A stretch of DNA of 64,000 nt from a virus. The DNA lies in the IMG/VR virus record IMGVR_UViG_3300048999_000191. The stretch is one strand, 5' to 3'. Both the position numbers and the translations under genes were made by a program. The number at the start of each line of letters is the position of its first letter. The stretch's first letter is position 1. Below, piece by piece: positions 36,324 through 44,874 of the stretch. The notes below the pieces were generated by a model. It had not been told where the DNA came from and did not search any database. It saw only the letters and a list, made by a program, of their open reading frames with translations.

Positions 36324-38785
36324 TACTTCGGTCCCGTCGACTGCGGGGACGGACGTCCGGCCGCCGCCGAGTTGTCCAGGTTCACGTCGCCGCTCGTATT
36401 GACCTGGAACAGCCGCTGCGCCTCCGGGGAGAGCGAGAGCGTGATCGAACCGCCGCCGGTGTTCCCGCTTGCACTGTCGCTGCTGGTGCCCGCACCGATC
36501 TCGCTGGCCACCTTGTCGAAGTCCGAGCCCTGCCAGTCGTTCTTGTCGGAGGTGACTTGCGCGCCGGTGCTTCCGGCGATGTCCTTGACCTGCCTGTTGT
36601 TCAGGTCCTTGTTGGACGAGACGATGGATGCCTGTCCCGACGAGAGCTGGTCGGAGAAGTTCCGGATCGCCTCGCCGAAAGTGACGGCCTTGTCGCCGTT
36701 CTTCGTCTTGACCTTGAACCGGATGTTCGGGTCGGTGCCGTACTCGGAGATCAGTTTCTCGATCACCGGGTCGGACTTGCCGGTGCCCTTGGTCAGCTCG
36801 TTGTAGTAGTCGGAGTTGACCTGGAGCGTGTAGCCCTGCTCGGTCTGGTCGCCATTGAATAGGTTCGACCACATGCCCGCGTCGGACTGCATGTCCTTGC
36901 CGCGCTTGTTCTGGTCCCAGGCGAACTGGCCGAAGCCCTTGCCGGTCGGATCTCCTGTCTGGTTCGGGTTCTTGATCTTGTCGCGCTCGCCCTGGCCGAT
37001 GTTCTTCGGCGTCATCGAGTCCTTCAGGGCGGCGGCCTGGTTCCCGGGGTTGTTGCCCGCCACGTAGTTCACGATGTACTGCGCGATGGCCGAGTCGCTG
37101 GCGTTGGCCATGCTCGGGTCGATCTGACTCACGATGTTCTTGGCCACCGTGATGTCGTAGCCCTGGCTGGCCATCAGCGAGCTGGCCACATTGCTCATCA
37201 GATTCGAGTCGGCCGCGACCTTCTGCTTGCCGCCCTGCTGGCCGATCAGGTCGTTGAGCGTGCTCATGGTGCCGGTGCCCAGGGAACGCATGTACATGTC
37301 TGAGCGCTTCCCCAGCGCCTGCATGGTGATGCCCGGGTTCGTCTGCCCGGCGGCCTCCAGCTGGCTGGGCGTCATGCCCATGGATCCGGCCATCTGGTAC
37401 TTCGAGGTCGGGTCGTTGAGCACCGAGAGCGGGTTCGCGCCGTTGAGCAGGCGGCCGCCCGCGCCGGTCATGTTCGTGGCCGCTTCGGCCAGCTGGCCTG
37501 CCCCGGCACCGCCGGACGCCTGGAGCGCGGCGGAGTACGTCTCGGCGAAGGCCTGCCGCATCACCTGGGCGGACTGGCCGGTCCGGACGGCGGTCTTGGT
37601 GACGTTCTGTAGCTCGCGCGAGAGCCCCTGGAGGCTCGACTGGGCGTACTTCGCCGACGTCGCGATCAGCTGCATGGACTCGTCCTGGCCCATGCCCATG
37701 GTCTTGTAGTTCGAGCTGGCGAAATCCAGGGCACCCGCGCGCCGGTCGCCGGTGTAGCCCAGGCTCGTGACGCCCTGGAACAGCTGCCGGGCGCTTTCCT
37801 CGTCGAAGCCGCCGGAGGAGAAGCGCTGGCCCATCACGTAGCCCTCTTCGGCCATCCGGTTGCCAAGCCCGGAGGTCGAAGCCGAGGATTGGCCGGAGAA
37901 GAACTCCGAGAGGTCGCCCATCAGACCGCCCATGGAGGTCACCGGGTTGCCTCGGTTGTCCATGGAGCTGTTCTGGCCGCCCAGGACGCTCTGGTACTGG
38001 GCGTTCTTGGCCCGCTCGTTGGTGAGCCACTCGGCCGCGTCGTTGACACCCTCCGCCGCCGTGATGGCAGCGCCGATGTAGGGCACCCGGCGCAGGCCCG
38101 CACCGATCCCGCCGTGCGCCAGCGCCCCGGCGGCCCGGCTCATCATCGCGGCGTGCCGCGCGGTGTGTGCGCTGGCGTGCTGGCCCACCGAGGGCGTGCC
38201 GTAGTTCTGGTGGATCGCGGTCGCCAGGCGAGCGTTCACGCGGCTGCCGATGCCGCCGTAGGAGGTGAAGCCGCCTCGGCTGGGGTCGTAGTACCCGCCG
38301 CCGTGCCCTCCGCCGCCTCCACCGCCACCGTGGCCGCCGCCGACTCCGCCACCACCGGCGAGCAGCTGGATCAGGGTGTCCATCTGGTCTCGGTCGACCT
38401 GCCGGTCCCGCGCGGTCTGCTCGGTCATCCGGTTCAGGTTCTCGGTGGAGCGGACCTGAAGGTCGCGCATCATCGCCATGGACGCCTTCAGCTCCGAGGT
38501 GATCTCGCGCGCGGCCTGCTGCATGGCCTCCGAGGACGAGAGCATGGCCTGGAACTGCTCGTTCGAGCCGGTGGCCGCGCCGGTGCCGGTGCCCAGTGCC
38601 GACTTGAGCGCCTCGAAGAAATCCTTGTCGCCGGAGACCAGCTGGACCTTCAGCGGGTCCTTGCCGGATTGGCCCTGCGGACCCATGGGGATCCGGCCCT
38701 GTGCGAGCATTTCGTCGGCGGACGTGGACTGCCGGGGACGCCCCGGCGGCGTCGAGTCACCGCCGCTGCGGTTCTTCTTCGGCAC
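36323..38785 (-). CDS. Tape measure protein
   Basis: 820 aa, Ala/Gly/Gln/Met-rich helical, directly after the chaperone pair. Confidence 0.75.
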   Translation of the reverse strand: MPKKNRSGGDSTPPGRPRQSTSADEMLAQGRIPMGPQGQSGKDPLKVQLVSGDKDFFEALKSALGTGTGAATGSNEQFQAMLSSSEAMQQAAREITSELKASMAMMRDLQVRSTENLNRMTEQTARDRQVDRDQMDTLIQLLAGGGGVGGGHGGGGGGGGHGGGYYDPSRGGFTSYGGIGSRVNARLATAIHQNYGTPSVGQHASAHTARHAAMMSRAAGALAHGGIGAGLRRVPYIGAAITAAEGVNDAAEWLTNERAKNAQYQSVLGGQNSSMDNRGNPVTSMGGLMGDLSEFFSGQSSASTSGLGNRMAEEGYVMGQRFSSGGFDEESARQLFQGVTSLGYTGDRRAGALDFASSNYKTMGMGQDESMQLIATSAKYAQSSLQGLSRELQNVTKTAVRTGQSAQVMRQAFAETYSAALQASGGAGAGQLAEAATNMTGAGGRLLNGANPLSVLNDPTSKYQMAGSMGMTPSQLEAAGQTNPGITMQALGKRSDMYMRSLGTGTMSTLNDLIGQQGGKQKVAADSNLMSNVASSLMASQGYDITVAKNIVSQIDPSMANASDSAIAQYIVNYVAGNNPGNQAAALKDSMTPKNIGQGERDKIKNPNQTGDPTGKGFGQFAWDQNKRGKDMQSDAGMWSNLFNGDQTEQGYTLQVNSDYYNELTKGTGKSDPVIEKLISEYGTDPNIRFKVKTKNGDKAVTFGEAIRNFSDQLSSGQASIVSSNKDLNNRQVKDIAGSTGAQVTSDKNDWQGSDFDKVASEIGAGTSSDSASGNTGGGSITLSLSPEAQRLFQVNTSGDVNLDNSAAAGRPSPQSTGPK

Positions 38786-39253
38786 CTAGAGCCACCCCCC
38801 GTCCTCTCCTCCGGCGATGCGCAGTTCCGTACCGTTGAAGGATCCCGAGGTCATCTCGCCGAGCTGACGCATCAGCGCCTGGTACTCGTCCATGGCCTCG
38901 CTGCCCTTGAAGTCCACGGCCGAGTAGTCCACGCCGAGCTTGCCTTCCTGCGTCTCGACGTCGAGCGACTCGGGATCTTCGTCATCAGTTGGGGTCTTGA
39001 ACCAATCCGCGAACAGGGTCTCGGGCAGGAAGCGCTCGGGCTCGTTGCGCGCGACCAGGGCGGCCCTGAGGATGAGCAGCTCGCGCTCGCCATCGCGCCG
39101 GAAGCCGCTCAGGCGATCGACCCAGTCGAGGATCGTGATCGAGTTGGCCTGCACGTCGGACAGGTGGCGGCCGGTCAGCAGACCCTGACGTTGGGCCAAC
39201 CGCAGTTCTCCCGCCAGCCACGGGTCGACCCCGGTCAGCCCGACGCTTTTCCC
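38786..39253 (-). CDS. Tail assembly chaperone, -1 frameshift extension (gpGT-like)
   Basis: -1 frame GKSVGLTGVDPWLAGELRL... open from the slippery site to 38786. Confidence 0.78.
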   Translation of the reverse strand, partial: GKSVGLTGVDPWLAGELRLAQRQGLLTGRHLSDVQANSITILDWVDRLSGFRRDGERELLILRAALVARNEPERFLPETLFADWFKTPTDDEDPESLDVETQEGKLGVDYSAVDFKGSEAMDEYQALMRQLGEMTSGSFNGTELRIAGGEDGGWL

Positions 39254-39810
39254 ATGGCCGCCAGCACGTCGTCCACCTGGTGATCGAGCTGCAAGCACTC
39301 GTCGAAGATCTTGTCCAGCACCGGGCGCCGGAGGTTCTCCGAGACCCACCGGAATCGGTCGTGCAGGGCCGTCTCCTTGGGGTTGCTCACCACCGGCTCG
39401 GGCAGCTTCGTGCCATCGATGTCCACGAGGTAGGCGGCCACCAGCGCTGTCTGATAGGCGATCTCGGCGGTGACGGTGCTCTGGAAGGGCTCGATGACCT
39501 GGCCGATCTGGAGCCGCTCGGTCTGCGTCGGGGTGGCGATCGTGAAGTGGTGGCCGAACAGCTCGAAGGACCTCGTCAGGGCGCCGACGTAGAGCAGGCC
39601 CTTGAACGGCTGCCGGTGCGCGGGATCGAACTCGGGGATGTCCTCCTCGACCGGCTCGGGAGCGGGCTCCTCCTCCTTGGCCGGTTCCCGGTCCCCAGCG
39701 TGCTCAGGGAACGCCGAACCACTGCCGAGCGCCCGGATCTCCTCGCGGGGGTCTGGGGGCAGCTGGAAGGCCGCTTCAGCGGCTGCCTCGTCGGCGAAGA
39801 GGTCGGGCAT
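39235..39810 (-). CDS. Tail assembly chaperone (gpG-like)
   Basis: Between tube and tape measure; ends AMGKASG; GGAGG RBS. Confidence 0.8.
   Translation of the reverse strand: MPDLFADEAAAEAAFQLPPDPREEIRALGSGSAFPEHAGDREPAKEEEPAPEPVEEDIPEFDPAHRQPFKGLLYVGALTRSFELFGHHFTIATPTQTERLQIGQVIEPFQSTVTAEIAYQTALVAAYLVDIDGTKLPEPVVSNPKETALHDRFRWVSENLRRPVLDKIFDECLQLDHQVDDVLAAMGKASG
39246..39253 (-). other. Programmed -1 frameshift site GGGAAAA(G)
   Basis: ATG GGA AAA GCG near the end of the chaperone gene. Confidence 0.82.
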
Positions 39811-39928
39811 CGAAGGGCCTCCGTGGTACTGTGCTCGCGCGGACCTGCCCCACACATGTGGATCGGCAGGTCTAGCTTGTTTTTTGCTCCCTGTCGTCCT
39901 CCAGGACTGACGGGCAATACAAAGTCTG

Positions 39929-41380
39929 CTACAAAGCCGTCGAGTGCGTGTACGCCACGACGATGCCCTTGGCCACAGCCAGCGCGCCGACCGTGATGGT
40001 GTCGTTGTCGGCGATGTCGACGACCACGCAGTTCCCGGTGAGGATGTTGTCCTCCAGCGTGAACGCCTGGCCGTCCGGGACGACCGCGCAGTAGACCTCC
40101 TCGGTCTCGCCGGTGGGCTCTACCGACTCGATCACCCAGTCCTCGTACTCCCGTTGCGAGGCGAGGTACGGACGGGCGTTCTCCAGGTGGCGACTGCGCA
40201 GGAAGAACTCCTCCGGAAGGTCGCGGACGCTGATGCTGAGCGCGTAGATGTCTCGCATCTTGCCGAAGCCCTCGCGCTGCTCTTTGCGGATTTCGCGCGT
40301 GCGCACGCCCAGCAGGGTGCACACATCCCGCACGTGCTCCAGGTGCTCGCGCTGAGCTGAGGAGAGGACCAGGCTGCCGGTCTTGGACACGTGCCCGTCG
40401 GTGGCCACATATCCGGCCAGCCAGCCGTAGAGAAAGCCTAGGCCGATGTTCAACTGCGGCAGGGTCTTGTACATCTTCGGGAGATCCACCACGCGAGTGC
40501 CGATCGCACCACGGTTGGACTTGATCGTGCGGGTGCGGTTGAGAGGGAACCAGCGGACCAGTTCCGCTTCCTTCTCGTCCCACATCGATACCCCGGCCAC
40601 GTCGCGCGCCTTGCCCTCCACATTGCCGTCGCCGAAGACGATGCCCGCCTGGATGCCCTGGGGCGACAGGCCGAGCTTTGCCGTCCGGTTGGGTCGGAAG
40701 GTCGAGACCAGCACGTCACCGGACTGGAGATCGGTGGTGGTGATCTCCTCCGAGTAGGACTTCTGCGGACGGCGGCCTTGACGGAACCACCGGTGTCCGG
40801 CCGTAGCCCGGATCTCCTTCTTCCGTCCGTTGCGCGTCAGGATGACCGAGTACAGCTCCTGCTCGCCGAACTCCTGGATCTCCGCCGGAGTCCACTGACC
40901 CTTACTGCCGAGCACCATCTGCGTGGTGCCGACCGTCTCGCCGAGGGTCTTGGTGCCATCTTGCGTGAGGTATCGAGTATTACGCTCCATACAGTTATGG
41001 TAGACCTTCCCGCGCGGACGGCGCCCGCCCGGCGGCTGGATGATCGTCTGGCAGGTCACGTAGCTCGGGTCGTTGGCCAGGATCTCGTAGATGTCGACGA
41101 TGTTCTGGGCGTTGCCGAGCCCGGCCAGCTGGTTCCAGATCGGGCCGTCCCACAGCTCGCGGATGGTGAGGTTCAGGGTGCCGCCCGCGAGCACGCGCGA
41201 GGTCGCGATCTCGACAGGGTGCCGTGCGCCGAGCGGGTGGATGAACTGGTAGCTCTGGCCTGCGTCTGAGAACGCCCGCTGGCCGGAGTCCTCTACACCT
41301 TCTAGGAAGACGATCGGCTGACCCCGGTAGTTGAAGGTGCTGAACCCCGAGCCGACGACTCGGACCTTGGTGTCGGGCAT
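39929..41380 (-). CDS. Tail tube protein with intein (mature about 162 aa)
   Basis: Immediately after sheath; exteins join as RGKVYHN|CVVVDI; GTLNLTIRELW. Confidence 0.85.
   Translation of the reverse strand: MPDTKVRVVGSGFSTFNYRGQPIVFLEGVEDSGQRAFSDAGQSYQFIHPLGARHPVEIATSRVLAGGTLNLTIRELWDGPIWNQLAGLGNAQNIVDIYEILANDPSYVTCQTIIQPPGGRRPRGKVYHNCMERNTRYLTQDGTKTLGETVGTTQMVLGSKGQWTPAEIQEFGEQELYSVILTRNGRKKEIRATAGHRWFRQGRRPQKSYSEEITTTDLQSGDVLVSTFRPNRTAKLGLSPQGIQAGIVFGDGNVEGKARDVAGVSMWDEKEAELVRWFPLNRTRTIKSNRGAIGTRVVDLPKMYKTLPQLNIGLGFLYGWLAGYVATDGHVSKTGSLVLSSAQREHLEHVRDVCTLLGVRTREIRKEQREGFGKMRDIYALSISVRDLPEEFFLRSRHLENARPYLASQREYEDWVIESVEPTGETEEVYCAVVPDGQAFTLEDNILTGNCVVVDIADNDTITVGALAVAKGIVVAYTHSTAL
40031..40993 (-). 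mobile_element. Intein with LAGLIDADG endonuclease (321 aa) in tail tube
   Basis: CMERNTRYLT start, ATAGHRWF, AGIVFGDG, WLAGYVATDG, EVYCAVVP, ILTGN/C end. Confidence 0.92.
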
Positions 41381-41411
41381 GCTCCAGGCCCCTTTCAGGC
41401 TGGTCGAGCGA

Positions 41412-42923
41412 TCAGGTCAGGGTCTGGTTCAGGTTCGACACGGCGTCCGCGTTCGAGGTGTCGACGGTGAAGCTGACCAGGATGTAGTTCAGGGGCCACG
41501 GCGGCCGGTACGCGAAGCGGACGTCGATCACCGTCGGGTCGCCCGAGGGCGGGCTCTGCTGGCGCACAGCCAGCGAGTTGTAGTCGACGATCAGGGCGTT
41601 GGTGTTCTTCGCGGTCTCCAGGGCGCCGGAGACGACGCTCTTGACCTGGAGCGCGGTGGCGTCGGTGATCGGGATGCCGATCAGGCCCGAGTTCTCCATG
41701 GTGTCCTGGAGCAGGTTGTAGAGCCCGTCCTGGACCCGCACCAGCGAGATCTCGCGGGTGAGGATGCCGCCGCCGAAATTCGTCGTGACGCCGTGCCGGA
41801 CGCGCAGGCGCCCCTGCCGGTCGGGCTCGACCAGCGCCACGCCACCCTTGGCCAGGGTGTCCTTGTTCGTCGGCGTCAGGGTCTTGAGCACCGAGGCCGT
41901 GATGGCCGAGAAACCCTGGACGGTCTTGTGCGTCAGTGGCATCTGGATGTCCTGGCGCGAGACCACCCCGGCGTAGGCGGCCGCGAGGTAGAAGCCGTCC
42001 ACGGTGACCGTCTGGTTCAGGACGCCGTTGTAGTACTCCAGCTGATTCGGGTAGGCCATGACGATCCGGCTGGAGCCGATGCCGCTCGCCAGGGCCGCCA
42101 CGTTCGCGATCGTGCCCACGTAGGTCTGGTCGAGGCCACAGATGGCCATCCGCAGGATGCCCTTGTTCGCGTCCGCCTGGAGGGCCGCGTTTAGCGTCGC
42201 GAGCATGCCACCGAGAGCCGCCTGGTCGGTTACCCCGTCGAACAGGGGAACCACCAGGTTCACGTTGATGTTGTTCGCCGACAGCGTCTGGTAGGCGTCG
42301 GAGAACTGCTGGGCTACGGTGCCGATCGCGGGGTCGAGCGCGATGGCGTAGATCTGGTTCGCGCCGTTGAGGATGGCCACTCCGGCGGCGAAGGTGATCG
42401 GGCTGACCAGGGCGCCGGTCGTCGGGTCCAGGGCCGGGCCGTACGTCTCCACGATCGAGGTGTAGTCCTCGAAGAAGTTCAGCGAGTGGTAGCTCGCGTC
42501 GGTGTACTGGTAGGTCACCGTGACCTGCGGGTACGCGGTCTCGATCTTGCCGCCGGACGACTTGGTGACCGTCGTGGTCGAGTTCGCCGTGCCACCCGAG
42601 GTGTTCGTGGTGACCGCGTAGTCGTGCGTCACCGCGCCGACGTCCGGCGCGAACAGGTACGGGATGCTCTGGCCGGTGGCGTTCGGGTCGGTGATGTACC
42701 CGCGCATCTGGATTGTTGCCGGGTTGATCCCGCGCTTGGTCAGCTGCACCGCGTTTCCGGCGGCGAAGCTGATGGTCTCGGTGAAGGTGTTGTAGCCGAC
42801 ACCGGACCCGACGATGCACACGACAGTAGGAGCAACCCCGGCCGTGGCGATCGTGGGGGTCTGACCGGCGTCCACGTACACGCCAGGGTGGCGATACTGG
42901 CTGAAATCGATACTGGCGGTCAT
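41412..42923 (-). CDS. Contractile tail sheath protein
   Basis: YRHPGVYV, PLTHKTVQGF, VRHGVTT, REISLVR, YRPPWPLNYILVSF. Confidence 0.9.
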   Translation of the reverse strand: MTASIDFSQYRHPGVYVDAGQTPTIATAGVAPTVVCIVGSGVGYNTFTETISFAAGNAVQLTKRGINPATIQMRGYITDPNATGQSIPYLFAPDVGAVTHDYAVTTNTSGGTANSTTTVTKSSGGKIETAYPQVTVTYQYTDASYHSLNFFEDYTSIVETYGPALDPTTGALVSPITFAAGVAILNGANQIYAIALDPAIGTVAQQFSDAYQTLSANNINVNLVVPLFDGVTDQAALGGMLATLNAALQADANKGILRMAICGLDQTYVGTIANVAALASGIGSSRIVMAYPNQLEYYNGVLNQTVTVDGFYLAAAYAGVVSRQDIQMPLTHKTVQGFSAITASVLKTLTPTNKDTLAKGGVALVEPDRQGRLRVRHGVTTNFGGGILTREISLVRVQDGLYNLLQDTMENSGLIGIPITDATALQVKSVVSGALETAKNTNALIVDYNSLAVRQQSPPSGDPTVIDVRFAYRPPWPLNYILVSFTVDTSNADAVSNLNQTLT

Positions 42924-42956
42924 CGACCCCTCCGGGCAGCAGGTGCTCGTTCGTCA

Positions 42957-42985
42957 GTTGGGCTGGGCACCCGGGGAGCCGACAG
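42957..42985 (-). promoter_or_regulatory. Putative late promoter motif
   Basis: CTGTC-N19-CCAAC-TGAC-GA. Confidence 0.65.
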
Positions 42986-42990
42986 GATGA

Positions 42991-43671
42991 TCAGGTCCAG
43001 TTGGTGCGGTCCCAGTTGCCCGGAGTGGGCGGCGCCGTCGGTGAGCCGGGACCGGGCCACGGTGGTTCGGGGCTGCCCTCGACGTAGTCGATGAAGGTGA
43101 CTCCGGAGAGCGGGACCAGCGCGGTGTTGAGCTGATCGGTCAGGAACTCGCCGCGCACGTCGAACCGACAGGAGATCTCATAGATGATCTCGTCGGTGCC
43201 CCACGGGGTGCCGATCGGCGTGGCGTCGCCCATCGGCTCGATGTCGTCGAAGTTCGCGTTGACCGCGATCAGGTCGTTGCCCTCGATCTTGGTCCGGAAG
43301 CTGGCCAACGCGGGGTTGAAGCGGGCGCCGACGAACACCCGGACGACCTCGTCGAAGAGCCGGTCCCGTTCGTAGCTCGACAGCGCGACGATGGTCATCG
43401 TCACCGAGCCCGAGAAGATCCAGCGGCTGTACTCGATGAGCCGGTTGTTTACCTCGTCCACAGCCGTCTCGACGTGCCCGATCCCGGCGATGCTCAGCTC
43501 GGAGTCATCGGCGTACTGCACCCAGATGCCCGGGTAGTGCGCCTGTTTCACCGGGTATTCGATGGACACCAGCGGCTTGTTCTGGCCCCGGAAGTCGGCG
43601 TTCGGGTGGGTGTCGGTGAAGACCGACTCCAGTGCCTCGACCACGGCGGCCTTGATCGGAACTCGGTACAT
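42991..43671 (-). CDS. Tail terminator/completion protein
   Basis: SIEYP...YPGIWV...ALSSYERDRLFD; position before sheath. Confidence 0.6.
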   Translation of the reverse strand: MYRVPIKAAVVEALESVFTDTHPNADFRGQNKPLVSIEYPVKQAHYPGIWVQYADDSELSIAGIGHVETAVDEVNNRLIEYSRWIFSGSVTMTIVALSSYERDRLFDEVVRVFVGARFNPALASFRTKIEGNDLIAVNANFDDIEPMGDATPIGTPWGTDEIIYEISCRFDVRGEFLTDQLNTALVPLSGVTFIDYVEGSPEPPWPGPGSPTAPPTPGNWDRTNWT

Positions 43672-43672
43672 G

Positions 43673-44389
43673 TCAGAGCCCTCCTCGGGTCAGGAAGTGC
43701 TCCCACTCGGCCGCGTCGGTCGCGTAGACGGTGGTAAGCGGGACATTCGAGCGGAAGGCCACTCCGGAGAGCGCGGCGTTGAGGAACTGGAGGGCGCGCA
43801 GGCCCGGGTGTCGCCAGCGCACGCCGACGTTGCCCGCTGCGATCTGGCCGGACGCTCCTCGGCCCCAGCCCATGCCGTCGGAGCGGCGGCTGATCCGACC
43901 GGGCGCGCCCGGGTAACTGGCCACCGTCCACACGGTCTCCATCTCGCCAGTCCACTTGTTCCGGCGGCGGACCTGCTTGCGCTGCCCGATCGGCGCCGCG
44001 CGGCGGAAGATGAGCACCTGGGTCCGGCCGTCCATCGTGGTGCGAACGCGGGTCTTCGGGTTCTTCGCCCGGATCCGGCCGTCCTCGTCGGACACCCACA
44101 TCGGCACGGTCTTGCCCGCCAGGCTCCGCATGGTGCGTGGGCCGGTGCCCTGCTCCATGAACCAGGTCCAGCTGTCCGGGAAGTAGATCCCGAACCAGCC
44201 CTCCTCGTAGATCGGTGTCAGGCGGCTGGCCGTGGCGCCGGTGACGCGCGGCATGCTCATCCGGGCCGTGTAGACCGCGTCGATCGCGAGGTAACGCGTG
44301 ACGTCCCGGCCGTACCCCTCGGCGCGCATCACCATCCGGTCGGGGGTGCCGGACCCGAGTCGGAGGATCTGCGCGGTGATGGAGGCCAT
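43673..44389 (-). CDS. Neck/tail completion protein (basic)
   Basis: FMEQGTGP, VRWRHPGL, FL; Arg-rich. Confidence 0.55.
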   Translation of the reverse strand: MASITAQILRLGSGTPDRMVMRAEGYGRDVTRYLAIDAVYTARMSMPRVTGATASRLTPIYEEGWFGIYFPDSWTWFMEQGTGPRTMRSLAGKTVPMWVSDEDGRIRAKNPKTRVRTTMDGRTQVLIFRRAAPIGQRKQVRRRNKWTGEMETVWTVASYPGAPGRISRRSDGMGWGRGASGQIAAGNVGVRWRHPGLRALQFLNAALSGVAFRSNVPLTTVYATDAAEWEHFLTRGGL

Positions 44390-44481
44390 TTCGTCACTTT
44401 CTGTATTTGCACAGGGGTGGCGGTTTCGCTACCCTTGTGTCAACTTCGCAGGTCAGCGCCTTGGAGCTTCATTTTCTTTCG

Positions 44482-44874
44482 TTACTCTCCGTCTCGCTCC
44501 GCGTAGAGCGGCGTCCAGTCGAGGACCTCGGTCTCTCTCAGCAGCTGCACCGTCAACCCCGCTGCCGCCGAGATCCACCACCCAAGCCAGGACATCTCCG
44601 GCGGGCAATCGGCGTGCGGAGGGATCCGGATCGCCACGCGGGACTCGGCGACCTGCGCGAGCGCGCCCTCGACCGGCCGCGAGAGCATGTCCGGAGCCAG
44701 ATGCACTGGCGCCCAGTCCGCCACCTCGTCGTCGCTCAGCCTCTTCAGATCCAGGAAGCCGGTGGCGTCGTTCCAGTAGAACTGCCGCCAGGTGGGGTTC
44801 ACCTCGGCGTCGATAGCCCGGAAGGCCAGCTGGCTCTCCGGGCCAGCCAGCAGATCCAGCACGTAGTTGACCAT
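44482..44874 (-). CDS. Hypothetical protein
   Basis: TGATG coupling, typical codon usage. Confidence 0.55.
   Translation of the reverse strand: MVNYVLDLLAGPESQLAFRAIDAEVNPTWRQFYWNDATGFLDLKRLSDDEVADWAPVHLAPDMLSRPVEGALAQVAESRVAIRIPPHADCPPEMSWLGWWISAAAGLTVQLLRETEVLDWTPLYAERDGE

Noticed and set aside
35610-38030. 806-aa ORF as listed in the track
   Set aside because: N-terminal part is an alternate frame of the tape measure; the real gene starts at 36323
39890-39920. Plus-strand near-match to the late motif (CTGTC-N18-GCAAT) pointing antisense into the tube gene
   Set aside because: Wrong spacing, a mismatch and a single occurrence; insufficient support
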